A DNA stretch of 20,000 nt, taken from Novakomyces olei (lineage: Eukaryota). Within the stretch, counting starts at the first letter, position 1; every line of letters starts with the position of its first letter. The DNA lies in contig JADEYG010000007.1 in NCBI GenBank assembly GCA_016906335.1, forward strand, positions 2,601,055 to 2,621,054, read 5' to 3'. Positions 1-9,868 of this stretch are shown piece by piece. Made by a program: the position numbers and the translations under genes. Below the pieces are notes generated by a model. The model had not been told where the DNA came from and made no database searches. It was given only the letters and a program-made list of their open reading frames with translations.

Positions 1-1416
1 CAACCACAGAGGCAACTGTAGGAGATCCAGTCTCAGTTTGCCAAAATGTCTAAAGCACGAAAATTAGCCCAACTCCTTTAAGTCAAAAGCGACTCGAAAT
101 TAAGCTCCCTTACATCAGTCAATGGGACATTTTGTCTTCCGATAATATTAAAATACCAGGTCCAAGCGTCCGGCGAAATAGGTTCTCCAGCTGATCCTAA
201 CACCCTTAAAGACGGCATTTCAGGGATGGTAGCGTCGTCTTCAAATCGCTTGAGTAGTCTCAATGCCGTTGGAGCAGTATAAAAATGGGTAATTTGATAC
301 TTGTTGATTACATCCCAATATCGACTTCGAGTAGGGTAAATTGGTGTACTTTCAAACACCATAGTACAACATCCAAGAAGTAATGGAGCATACACCACAT
401 ATGTGTGTCCTGTAATCCAACCAACATCAGCTCCGCAAAACAATTTGTCGTATTCGTGAAGATCAAAAACATATTTGGCCGATACTGCAGCACCAAGTAA
501 ATATCCCGCTGTCGTGTGTATAAGACCTTTGGGTTTCCCGGTTGATCCGGACGTATATAGAAGAAAAAGAGGATCTTCTGAGTTCATTGGCTCTGGAGGG
601 AAATAAGCTGGGTGCTTTTCCAGCTCTTCATTCCACCAGAGATCTCGACCTGTCGTCCAAGGTGTCGTAACATTTTTTGATCGGTTGTAGACAATGACGT
701 TTTGAACACAGTTGCATTGCTCAATCGCCTGGTCCACAATCATTTTCAGTTTAGTTGATTTTCCTCCTCGAAAGCCTTCGTTTGCAGTAATGACCACGCG
801 AGAGTTGGAATCGAGAATGCGATCTCGAACAGACTCCGCCGAAAAGCCAGCAAAAACAACGGAATGGATGGCACCAATACGTGCGCATGCCAGCATAGAA
901 ATTATTGCGTTTGGAATCATGGGCATATATATTGTGACAACGTCGCCTTTCTTGACACCGAGAGCTTTGAGAGCCCAAGATAAACGACAAGTGTCTTCAA
1001 GTAACTCGCCATAGGTGATGACTCTGCCTTCATTGGGTTGATCAGCTTCATATATCATAGCTATTTTCTCCGGTGATTTGGCAGCATGTCGGTCGATACA
1101 ATTGTAGGATGCGTTCAGTTTCCCACCAGCAAACCAGGCACTATTGCCTTCAAGCAAAGAGCCGCTGTAGGTAGTATGAAAAGGCGTGTCAAATGAAAGC
1201 AAATCATTCGCCATTCGAGCCCAAAAATTATCGGGATGCATGATTGATTCATTGTAAAGCCTTCGATATTCATCCACTCCGCTGATATGAGGGGTTGAAG
1301 GGTGTTTCGAGCGGAAGGCCTCTGGCGTGAGAACCGAACGGCCAGCATTAGGCTCTTCCTAAGGCCATTAGGCGAATTGATCCAGATCAGTGCTCCTTTT
1401 CAAGCTGTCATACCAT
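1..1416 (-). CDS. acs: Acetyl-CoA synthetase (acetate-CoA ligase), 3'-truncated by the window edge. Exons 1416-1414 (ATG only), 1358-114, 49-<1; introns 1413-1359 and 113-50
   Basis: AMP-binding motif YTSGSTGKPKG, plus LACARIGAIHSVVFAGFS, ADVGWITGHTY and FYTAPTALR. Splicing out GTAAGG..CTAAT..TTTAG (113-50) restores the conserved DTFWQTETG. Upstream, GCCATG|GTATGA..CTAAT..CTTAG gives M|EEPNAGRSVLTPEAFRSKHPSTPHISGVDEYRR. Confidence 0.95.
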
Positions 1417-2668
1417 GGCGAGCCTTTACTGTTACAGTAATATGTGAGGATAGCTCCCGCGTGAAAAGACCTTACAGCCTTTCTAGCTGGGGTCCAGACA
1501 AAGGTTTGTACGTGTGCCTGGCTGACTCCCGGCCCGAAAATAAATCGGCGGATTCGGCCTATCGGATTTTACTAAATACTAAATTATCAGAAATAGAGCA
1601 CTGCTTGAAGTATTGCAAGTATTGCTGCTAAACATGGAAAAGGACCAAATAACTATCGTGACTTGGCATGAGCGGATATCCACACGTGTGCTGCATGCCA
1701 GTACAGTAAAAATTCGGTGGCATGTGGGTATATATGCCAGCGAATGTGCCAGATGCGCGTAACTACTGTCTCAAGTCGAGCAAGAAAACAGAAAGTCTAT
1801 CGTGTATCTATTGTGCAAGCTTAGGCGATAGCGTAGATAACCAAATTTACGCGATATCTTGGATAACCAAATCGGGCGCAAACCCAGTGAGAAAATCGCG
1901 AATAATTGGGCGCGTGCCTGCGACCTTGCTGTCATTTTATCGGATGTCGGTAACAATAATCGACTAGAGCACGAGAAAATTGCTTACCAACTGCCGGCTG
2001 GATTTCTGCGCGTCAAGCGAGTTTTTATTCATGACTATTTTGGACAAGTTCATTCGACATTTAGGAAACCCTATGCATTATATCCAAAAATTACGGTCGT
2101 TCAGATACTTGACTACTAAATACTAACCTCATCCTTGTATACAAATAACATTTATATCCTTTTCCTATCGATTGAATATGCTAGCCCCACTCTATTGACC
2201 ATGTCTTCACAATCACCGGTTCAGACTTAACCATATTGATTATTTATTATTTTATCTTGCATAAATACAAGATTTATTGGCCGAAGTCACCAGACTACAG
2301 TACAATTAATACTAAATAATTTATCATTATAATAATTTATAAGTGTAATTTACATAATAACATATACCAACTCCACTACCCACCACAAATATTGCACAGG
2401 CTGTATGGTCACTCTCCGTGTCCATATAGCCATATAACTCTAAGATGCTCCATAACTAACTTACAATCCATTTCAGCTTCTTGCCCTCATCCCGTTTCTT
2501 CGAAATCTGTCAGTTCCCTTCCATTCCCTCCTAATCCTTAACATCGTAGGATTCTCTCCCGATTAATAATATCTGCCGATTCTCTAGGGGTATAAAACTA
2601 ATTATAGGCCTTTCAGCTGAGGGTCTGACCGCCCAATGACCAACAGTCTCTTAGGCTTGAACGTTGTT

Positions 2669-4414
2669 TCAAAAGCTCCACAAAGCCAAATCAAAGGAAT
2701 CCCAAAATTCAGAATTCAGCGAGTTTATCTGATCATCTGAAAGCAGAGGTATGCCATTCACGATAGAAGACTGCGAGGCTCTATCGTGCAAAGAGATGTT
2801 AGTTTTCTCTCTTGAATCATTATCGCTCGGCATGCCGCACTCCTCAAGAGTGTCAGCTGCTGCGTCTTGGCCATTGCTTTTCTGGTGATCGATTTGCCAT
2901 TCGTCAACCATCCAGATCAACTCAAAAAAATGACTTGCACCGAGTCGCGACTGAAACCCGTTTTGTGACTTAAGAACATGTTCTAGTTGATTCGTTGCCA
3001 GCCAATGATTGATAGTCTCTATCACGCGTTTGGCCCGAAACCCTAGTAAGTTCCTCAGCGGATTTTCACGCTCAAAAAACCTATAGGCCTCTGAGATCGC
3101 GCTGTGCACGAAATCGAGGTCGACGAAAATGCTGTATTTTGAGAACAGTAACTTATAAAGAAACAAAGCACTGCTACCTACTGAATAGGTTGGCCAAAGT
3201 GGCCACGATTCGGTGCCGTATTTGCCTTGCATCTGCGTGGCCAAGCGTATTATTTCATGGCAAGTTTTGGAGGACGATAGCGATAGTTCTGCCAACAGGC
3301 TTTCGTTTAGTTCCGAAGCAGTAAATACCAATCCCGCCTCCTGCAGTGTAGCCGAGAGAAGCATCAGGCGCACAACGCAGGAAGTCTCTGCCTCTAGTTG
3401 GTCAGATGATAATTCGAATTCAGTGCGTAACGAAGTAAGCATAGATTGTAGAAGTTTGTGAGTGTGAAGCGATATTTTGACTTTTTCTGGGCTTGAGTTG
3501 TGAAGAATCTGCTCCTCGAGAACGAATTGGGTGTTCTGCTCTAATCTGCGAGCTATGGCGGCATACCAATACATGAGCTTTGGCACACCCGTAGCATCGC
3601 CTCTCGAAGCCAGAAACTTGAGAATGACAGGATCTTGGTTGACCGTGGGCGGGAATCCCTTAAAGCAGGCTACGTACTGATTAACCACGTAGCATGCTAT
3701 CCAGGTACAAAGGCGCTCACTTTCCACCGTCAACGAAACGTATCCGGGCGCCAAATATTCGTCCGGATAATTTGGCCGGTGCAGCCCAATGTTTTGCGCC
3801 AGATGAATGGCAGTCCCACAATAGATCCAAGAGAGATTACGTGAGCTCGTAAGCTTTGATGATTTCCATAAGGCAAGCAGGAGCAGAGCCTGTACAGCAA
3901 AAATAGCGGTCCTGTCTCTTTCTAGTGCCTCAAAAGACTCTTTAGCCGTAAGCCGTGTAATCGAAGCATCAATCTTCTGTCCGAGTTCAACTTCGGAGCA
4001 CTTGGCTGCTATCATACAGATGCTCCAGAACAAGAGCGGAGATTTCATAAAAAGCACCTTTGGCTCTGCATCACTCCTGACAATAGGCAGATATCTACTA
4101 GGACCTTCGAAGAAAATCTTGAAGAGATTGGAAGCGTCGGCCAGACTAAGGGCAACGTGCTCCAGAGAAAAAGCATCGTCAGAAAAGGGCGCAGACGAAT
4201 CTCTCTCTGCAAAGGCCCGGGCAGTACCATCTGGTAGAGCAAGAGGCTCTGCTGGTTGATAGCCTTGCACGTCATAGACGCACTCCAGTTTTCTTCGCCG
4301 GCACCGCAAGCATGGTTTTCCAGGATCTCTAATGCAGCGCATTTTGAGCTGCCTGCAGCGATTGCAGGCACTGTGTCGACTCTGTCGCCGAGGCTTTATC
4401 GCACGACCAGTCAT
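2669..4414 (-). CDS. Zn(II)2Cys6 binuclear-cluster transcription factor with fungal-specific middle homology region (~581 aa, apparently intronless)
   Basis: CNRCRQLKMRCIRDPGKPCLRCRRRKLEC has Gal4-type Cys6 spacing. SWIYCGTAIHLAQNIGLHRP is typical of the fungal TF middle domain, and the C-terminus is acidic/aromatic (EFWDSFDLALW). The first in-frame ATG is at 4414; the ORF track start at 4444 is TTG. Confidence 0.93.
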   Translation of the reverse strand: MTGRAIKPRRQSRHSACNRCRQLKMRCIRDPGKPCLRCRRRKLECVYDVQGYQPAEPLALPDGTARAFAERDSSAPFSDDAFSLEHVALSLADASNLFKIFFEGPSRYLPIVRSDAEPKVLFMKSPLLFWSICMIAAKCSEVELGQKIDASITRLTAKESFEALERDRTAIFAVQALLLLALWKSSKLTSSRNLSWIYCGTAIHLAQNIGLHRPNYPDEYLAPGYVSLTVESERLCTWIACYVVNQYVACFKGFPPTVNQDPVILKFLASRGDATGVPKLMYWYAAIARRLEQNTQFVLEEQILHNSSPEKVKISLHTHKLLQSMLTSLRTEFELSSDQLEAETSCVVRLMLLSATLQEAGLVFTASELNESLLAELSLSSSKTCHEIIRLATQMQGKYGTESWPLWPTYSVGSSALFLYKLLFSKYSIFVDLDFVHSAISEAYRFFERENPLRNLLGFRAKRVIETINHWLATNQLEHVLKSQNGFQSRLGASHFFELIWMVDEWQIDHQKSNGQDAAADTLEECGMPSDNDSREKTNISLHDRASQSSIVNGIPLLSDDQINSLNSEFWDSFDLALWSF

Positions 4415-5304
4415 GATAATTTGAAGACTGATGTTGAGCGTCAAAGATTGGGCCTGCTGGAATTAGATGGTCCTCTCCTGAAGCAATAGTACGACCGCAT
4501 CAAAAGCTATAATGCTGCTTTAGCACCATAGACTTCAGACAAGGCAGCGAGGTGGAGAAAATCCAACATTTGCCAGCTGTGCAAAGCAAAAATTTGATCC
4601 ACGGCCTAGTTCTACGATCCTATAATGCGCCGATCCGCCCAACACATATAGATCCTGTTGCAGAGTTGAGTTTTACAAGTCAGTAAATTAGCTTGAATGT
4701 CACCTAAATCTGAATCTATAGTTTTCTATCTAAATCACCAAATGTAGATCACCTGTTTATACTATGAAAACAACAAAGAACAAAGTGAGCAAAAAACAAG
4801 GTATTACTTAAGAACAAAGGACAAGGCCTTATCACAAGGAGCAAAGTGTCGTCCTTGTCCAAGGTCAGTATAGGAAGTAAGGCAGCATTCTCTTTGGGTA
4901 CGTATATTATACATTGTTAGGACCCAACCCAATATTTGATTTAAAAAACCCAGCTATCCAGGCCTTATCGAAATGGAACAAGGTAGCAGCGCGGCGCTAT
5001 TGCAATATAGGCGAAGCTATAGGATAACGGCGTCTTGAAGCAGTTATGGTTTCAAAGCACTGAGATTAATAGTACTATGGGCGAATGGGTCCCTATTTAT
5101 AGACAACGAGTGGTCGAGCAAATGCATCTCTCGTTCCCTTCCATACATATATTAGAAAATAGAACCCCCTGATCAATGGGGGTACCCACATACACACACA
5201 AGAAATACTAAACAAACTAAGCTTGTACAAACTGTTATAGAACCCAAACTTCATAAACTACCCGACCGTCGGCCGACGGGAGGAGCGTCTCCGCTTCTCC
5301 CCAA

Positions 5305-5340
5305 TTAGGTTTAGGGTTTGCTAGGGTTTGCTAGGGTTAG
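5305..5340 (+). repeat. Interstitial degenerate telomere-like repeats
   Basis: TTAGGTTTAGGGTTTGCTAGGGTTTGCTAGGGTTAG, containing 10-bp-period TAGGGTTTGC units in the same orientation as the terminal telomere. Confidence 0.65.
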
Positions 5341-5473
5341 TTTGGTAAACCCGGACCAGTTGAAGCAAGAACACACATATATAGCCTACATAGCCTATCA
5401 AAATATACTATCCCACTTAATACGAACTCCATCAGATCCAAATCATAATATGTCAAGCCCACGCTACGCTAAC

Positions 5474-5491
5474 CAGGGTTAGTTAGGGTTA
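5474..5491 (+). repeat. Interstitial telomeric repeat overlapping the hydrolase stop codon
   Basis: CAGGGTTAGTTAGGGTTA is an exact match to sequence in the terminal telomere tract. Confidence 0.7.
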
Positions 5492-6313
5492 AATATCACG
5501 GTCTTTAGCGTGCTTGTCGAAAAAGCTGGCAAAGTTGTCGAAGCCTTGTACAAATCGTTGCTGATGAACAGGGTCTTTTGGATCGTGCCGTGCCCCCATG
5601 AAACCGTGGGGAACATCGCCAAAAGTTTCTACCCGGCTGTCGCTGCCGCGTTTGGCAGACTTGAACTGGTTTGCAAACTCTGCTACTACAGCCTTGTCTT
5701 CGTCATGTGATGCCAGCAGATAGAAGGGGGCTTGCAGGTCTTTTGCATCGGCTGGATCCAGCAACCTATATTTTGTAAGTGTAAGCAGACTGATGCGAGT
5801 GGGCGGCCCGCACGGAGGCACTTACGACGGATGGCACACTGCGGCAGCGCGAACAGGCACATGAGGGTCATGCAAAAGTAAGGTAACCGGCTTTGCGCCC
5901 CAGCATGCACCATACAGGAATATTGGCGCCGTTGTAGTGCCAGCAATGTGCATTACAATTTCTCGCAATTTCTTTGTGCTCGCTTCGACGTTTGCACGGC
6001 CTTTAAGAAAGCTCATGATTGCATCGGTGCGCGGTCCCGGTTCCATCGCGCCTATGGCCTTCTCTTCTAGAGAATGGCCTTCGAAAAAGTCGGGCAGGTA
6101 GACCCGATATCCTTTTGCAGCAAGCGTGTCGACTCCTCTCAGAGTCTGCTCGTGGAAGCCAAAGATATCGTACACACCAACAGCGACGGGTGTGTCTTTT
6201 CCATCCCCACCGGATACATATGTCTCGAGTCCCGCAAAGGTTTCGTAAGTGCCCTGAGGCTTATAGTCGCTGGTCACTGCCGGCTCGCTGGACGTACAGC
6301 ACGGAGAAGTCAT
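5489..6313 (-). CDS. Dienelactone hydrolase family alpha/beta hydrolase, 254 aa. Exons 6313-5826 and 5765-5489; 60-bp intron 5825-5766
   Basis: N-terminal CC..P....Y.P.G, DIFG, PDFF, nucleophile elbow GACWG (Cys), ASHDED (Asp) and VPHGF (His). The GTAAGT..TATAG intron joins HPS to LLDPADA in frame (765 nt total). Confidence 0.93.
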
Positions 6314-6455
6314 GTCAAGGTTAATTTACAGCGCAATAGTTCTTGGATGGATGGTGTTTAATGGGAGCGTCAAGAAGGGCGTCTTTGGTCTCCGCTTAAA
6401 TGCTTTCCCGTAATGGCTCCATCGGAGCCGGAGCAAAGCCCAGTAAATCCGTAGG

Positions 6456-6571
6456 TCCGGCTGAGCAATCCGGCTGAGCAGTCCGGCTGAGCAGCTCGGT
6501 CGAAATGCTCGGTTGAACTTGTCCGGCTGACATCCGGTTGAGTGTCAGACGTCCGGCTGACATCCGGCTGA
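6456..6571. promoter_or_regulatory. Array of nine (TC/CT)CGGYYGA motifs in the divergent hydrolase/MFS promoter; candidate Zn2Cys6 binding sites
   Basis: TCCGGCTGA at 6456, 6469, 6482, 6522, 6552 and 6563. Variants CTCGGTCGA at 6495, CTCGGTTGA at 6508 and TCCGGTTGA at 6533. The repeat is seen directly; the function is inferred. Confidence 0.6.
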
Positions 6572-6685
6572 CACGACAGGCAAATTGTCGGAGCTTGAGC
6601 CCTGCCAGCTTCATAAAATGGACTCTATGGGGCACCCTGGTGCTTACTACAGGGCGGACTGACACTGGTAGCTGTGTCGCGAGTC

Positions 6686-8158
6686 ATGATTAAAGGCAAT
6701 GGATCTGGGGAAAAGAGTTCAGCCGCAGCTGGGGAAACGTATCCCGTGACAGACTGGGATAGTGGTATTGTTGCATGGGATAGTCAAGATGATCCGGAAA
6801 ACCCGCAGAATTTCAAAATGTGGCGCAAAGTACTGAATCTGGCTTTGCTTGTGGCGGCAACGTTTTGCTCGCCGTTTGCGTCGAGCTCATTTTCGCCCGG
6901 CGCAGGCGATGCTATGAGAGATTTTCACAACAATTCTGATATCTTGAGAGCGTTTATCGTGAGCGTCTACATCTTGGGCTATGCTGTGGGGCCGTTGGTT
7001 ATTGCGCCTCTATCAGAGCTGTATGGGCGCTGGATCGTCCTTTCCGTGTGTAATTCCATGTTCACCGTCTTTCAGATTGGATGTGCGTTGGCCCCAAACG
7101 TCACTGGTATGGCGTTTTGTCGCCTATTGACAGGTATCGGCGGCTCTGCTTGTATAACGTGTGGTGGAGGCATCGTCAGCGATATGTTTGGGCGCCACGA
7201 GCGTGGCCGCGTCATGGCTATCTACTCCTTTGGGCCCGTACTCGGGCCCTCCATCGGCCCTATTGCGGGGGGGTTCATTTCTACCAGAATTGGCTGGAGA
7301 TGGGGGTTTTGGATATTACTGATTGCCGGCTTTACCATAACCACGCTCAATGTTTGTTTCCTCAAGGAAACAAATGCAATGGTTTTGCTTGAGCGCAAGA
7401 CCAAGCGCTTGCGGCGCGAGACAAAACGGGACAATCTTGTCAATTATTATGTGCAAAAAAATTCTGCTATATCTCCCCAGCGCAAATTCAAACAGGCACT
7501 TCTGATGCCCATCAAGATATTAATGCAGCCGGTTGTTACGGCAGCCGCGTTGCATCTCGCTTTTGTCTACGGACTTTTTTACCTCCTTCTGACCTCCTTG
7601 TCTGAAATTTTCATCGAAAACTATCACTGGAAATTAGACATCGCGAATCTCTGCTTCGTTCCGCTTATGCTCGGCTTCATTCTCGGCGGAGTGTTTGTTG
7701 TAGCGTTTTCAGATGCATATTGCCGGAGATTGGCTCGCATCAATGGACACTTCCGTCCTGAATATAGACTCTTGTTTCTCATCTATAGCGAATTTACATT
7801 GCCGATAGGGTTCATTTGGTATGGGTGGACTGCATACAAAAAAGTGTTTTGGATTGTTCCTATGATCGGACTAGTACCTGTGGGCTACGGCACGCTGACT
7901 GCATTTGTCAGTACTCAGATGTATATAGTAGACGCTGTCCCGGCGTATGCTAGTAGTGGTTTGGCGGCAATCACAGTCACCCGCAGCCTTTTTGGTGCCC
8001 TTTTACCTCTTTGCGGTCACAAAATGTACCAATCTTTGTCATACGGCTGGGCCAGCACAATGCTAGGTCTGATTGCGCTTATTCTTTCGGCTACGCCTTA
8101 TGCATTTGCAATTTTTTTAAGGAGGCATGATGCAACATTGGTCGAAAATGGTATTTGA
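6686..8158 (+). CDS. Major facilitator superfamily transporter, drug:H+ antiporter 1 (DHA1)-like, ~490 aa
   Basis: WDSQDDPENPQNFKMWRK, GPLVIAPLSELYGR, ERGRVMAIYSFGPVLGPSIGPIAGG and PEYRL motifs, with about 12 hydrophobic segments. First in-frame ATG is at 6686. Confidence 0.93.
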   Translation: MIKGNGSGEKSSAAAGETYPVTDWDSGIVAWDSQDDPENPQNFKMWRKVLNLALLVAATFCSPFASSSFSPGAGDAMRDFHNNSDILRAFIVSVYILGYAVGPLVIAPLSELYGRWIVLSVCNSMFTVFQIGCALAPNVTGMAFCRLLTGIGGSACITCGGGIVSDMFGRHERGRVMAIYSFGPVLGPSIGPIAGGFISTRIGWRWGFWILLIAGFTITTLNVCFLKETNAMVLLERKTKRLRRETKRDNLVNYYVQKNSAISPQRKFKQALLMPIKILMQPVVTAAALHLAFVYGLFYLLLTSLSEIFIENYHWKLDIANLCFVPLMLGFILGGVFVVAFSDAYCRRLARINGHFRPEYRLLFLIYSEFTLPIGFIWYGWTAYKKVFWIVPMIGLVPVGYGTLTAFVSTQMYIVDAVPAYASSGLAAITVTRSLFGALLPLCGHKMYQSLSYGWASTMLGLIALILSATPYAFAIFLRRHDATLVENGI

Positions 8159-8879
8159 AGGAGCAATTCGGGTTCCTCAGCTAGAAATGCTAGTGGGGTT
8201 ACAGAGAAAGCTAATCAAACCATTTTACAGGTTGCAATATGAACACTAGATACAGAAAATACTGGCGCAGCGAGCCCAATTATCCCGAATTCTGATAGAC
8301 GTTGATCAAAGCTTGGCTCCCGGAAACTACCAGCATTATTCTGACGGGGGCACGCTTAAATGAATACGTCTTTTAGAATATTAATTATATGCTGGCGCTA
8401 ATGCAATAGTTCATGTCTTTCCTTTCTCATCTGCGCTGTAAGCTGCCCTTGAGAGACGTCATGAGTCTGAAGGCCACACTCATGTGAAAACATGTTGGCT
8501 TCTGCCATCACTAGTTGCCATATGGTCATGATAAAGAAGCGGGAATAGGCGCTACTATTCTGCATAAGAGTCACTACGAATGGCATCAGGGATTACAACG
8601 GGCAAGCTTGTAGGCGGGATCATACTGGCGCGATTGTTTGGCTGTGAGCATTGACTAGATAGATCAAAGATGGACTGCATCTTTGATCATGCTTGATTGC
8701 CCTTGGCTTTTTGCTTGTCCCGACCTTCTAAAATAACTTCAGACCAGGAAAAGAATCACAAGGTATTCGGTTTCTGCCGCCCTTATTCGCTCCGTCTACC
8801 TTCGGATAAAGCTTCCGAGCTCGTAAATACTCAGACAATTCGTTGTTGAGTAGTCACTTATTACCCTCGAGGGCCATGA

Positions 8880-9560
8880 AAGCATTATTTAATCGATTCC
8901 TGTGGGTCACATATTTTCGTTTTGCTTGCCTGGTAGAACCGCTGAACAAGTAGACAAAAGCGGAAATATAGCAAGAACGAGAGACGGGGAAGCGGGGTAA
9001 AAACCCAATTTGTCAATTACTCCTTTTATGTAACCGGAAGTTGGTCAGACTGCCCAAACTATATCACTCTGGAAGGATTTTGTCAAAGTTAGATGTGTAG
9101 ACGAAGAAATGTATAAGATGCTCCTGAGGACGCGATTATGCTCCTCGATTCGTGTCATTGCTGCTGTTCTATGTGTCTTGCAACGACGACTATTCATTCT
9201 CAAGTTCGATCTGTGTAGACAAGCGTTGACTTAATTGGTATGGCCTGTCAAGCCATCGCTCGGTGCTATGATTTTTTTTGGTAGCATAGAGCCAAGGAAA
9301 GGTTGAGTAAAGAAGGTAAAAATAATTTAGACCTCTATTTCCATCGTCCATGTAGAAAAAATTATCTCCAATTCACCGTTTCGTCTACTTTTGAGGCTCA
9401 AGGGTTGGCTTGTCCCAGCGGGACGGTGTTACACTCAGCAATAAGATTTTCCAGCTTCTCCCTAATCCTTCGCACCACAAACTCAAAATTGACGCTCTTT
9501 CTATTCATCGATATTTCGTCGGGTCGGCTACCTTTTAACGTGAACTTTTCCAGTTTAATA
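8880..9560 (-). pseudogene. Possible decayed protein-coding gene of unknown family
   Basis: Manual minus-strand translation gives protein-like stretches separated by single stops or frameshifts (MNRKSVNFEFVVRRIREKLENLIAECN...*ASKVDETVNWR*FFYMDDGNRGLNYFYLLYSTFPWLY...). No family motif recognised; boundaries approximate. Confidence 0.3.
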
Positions 9561-9583
9561 TATGGGCAATGTACTAGTGCGTT

Positions 9584-9606
9584 CTGACATTTCGCCGAAA
9601 TATCAG
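9584..9606. repeat. Palindrome, third copy of the motif found in the 37-bp inverted repeats
   Basis: CTGACATTTCG-C-CGAAATATCAG, 11-bp arms with one mismatch. Confidence 0.85.
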
Positions 9607-9665
9607 TTATAGGGTTTTCTTGATTTTTAGACTGCAATTATTATACAAAACAATATATACTAACT

Positions 9666-9702
9666 GACATTTCGTCGAAATGTCGCTAGTAATAATAACT
9701 AG
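9666..9702 (+). repeat. Left 37-bp inverted repeat (19-bp palindrome plus AT-rich tail ending CTAG)
   Basis: GACATTTCGTCGAAATGTCGCTAGTAATAATAACTAG is 33/37 identical to the reverse complement of 16176-16212. Confidence 0.9.
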
Positions 9703-9868
9703 GATCCTACGTTTAGTGCAGCGTCACGTCCTAAGGATCAAAAGTAATAATGCTGGATCTTATTTAGAGCCAATATGTTAAAATATTTACAAAAATCAAT
9801 ATGCGATTATGAAATTTTGACCTTGGCTTCACCCTCGACGAACCCTGGCAAAACTGTGGACTCTGGGG

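Noticed and set aside
1681-1690. CACACGTGTG palindrome (E-box) upstream of ACS
   Set aside because: A single short motif that could arise by chance; not supportable without conservation data.
2100-2660. AT-rich stretch with a broken minus-strand frame (..GYMDTESDHTAC..), considered as a telomere-linked helicase or RIP-mutated transposon relic
   Set aside because: No diagnostic motif could be confirmed by eye, and RIP indices were not computed.
5266-5340. Helitron 3' end (hairpin plus CTAG)
   Set aside because: The nearest CTAG is about 40 bp from the palindrome and lies within telomere-like repeats; no matching element body was seen.
6456-6571. CRISPR-like repeat array
   Set aside because: Repeats are 9 bp with 2-10-bp gaps in a eukaryotic context, with no cas genes.
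308-7443. Short ORFs overlapping ACS, the TF, the hydrolase and MFS on other frames or strands, and ORF 6396-6665
   Set aside because: These are shadow ORFs of real genes or of the promoter repeat, many with non-ATG starts.
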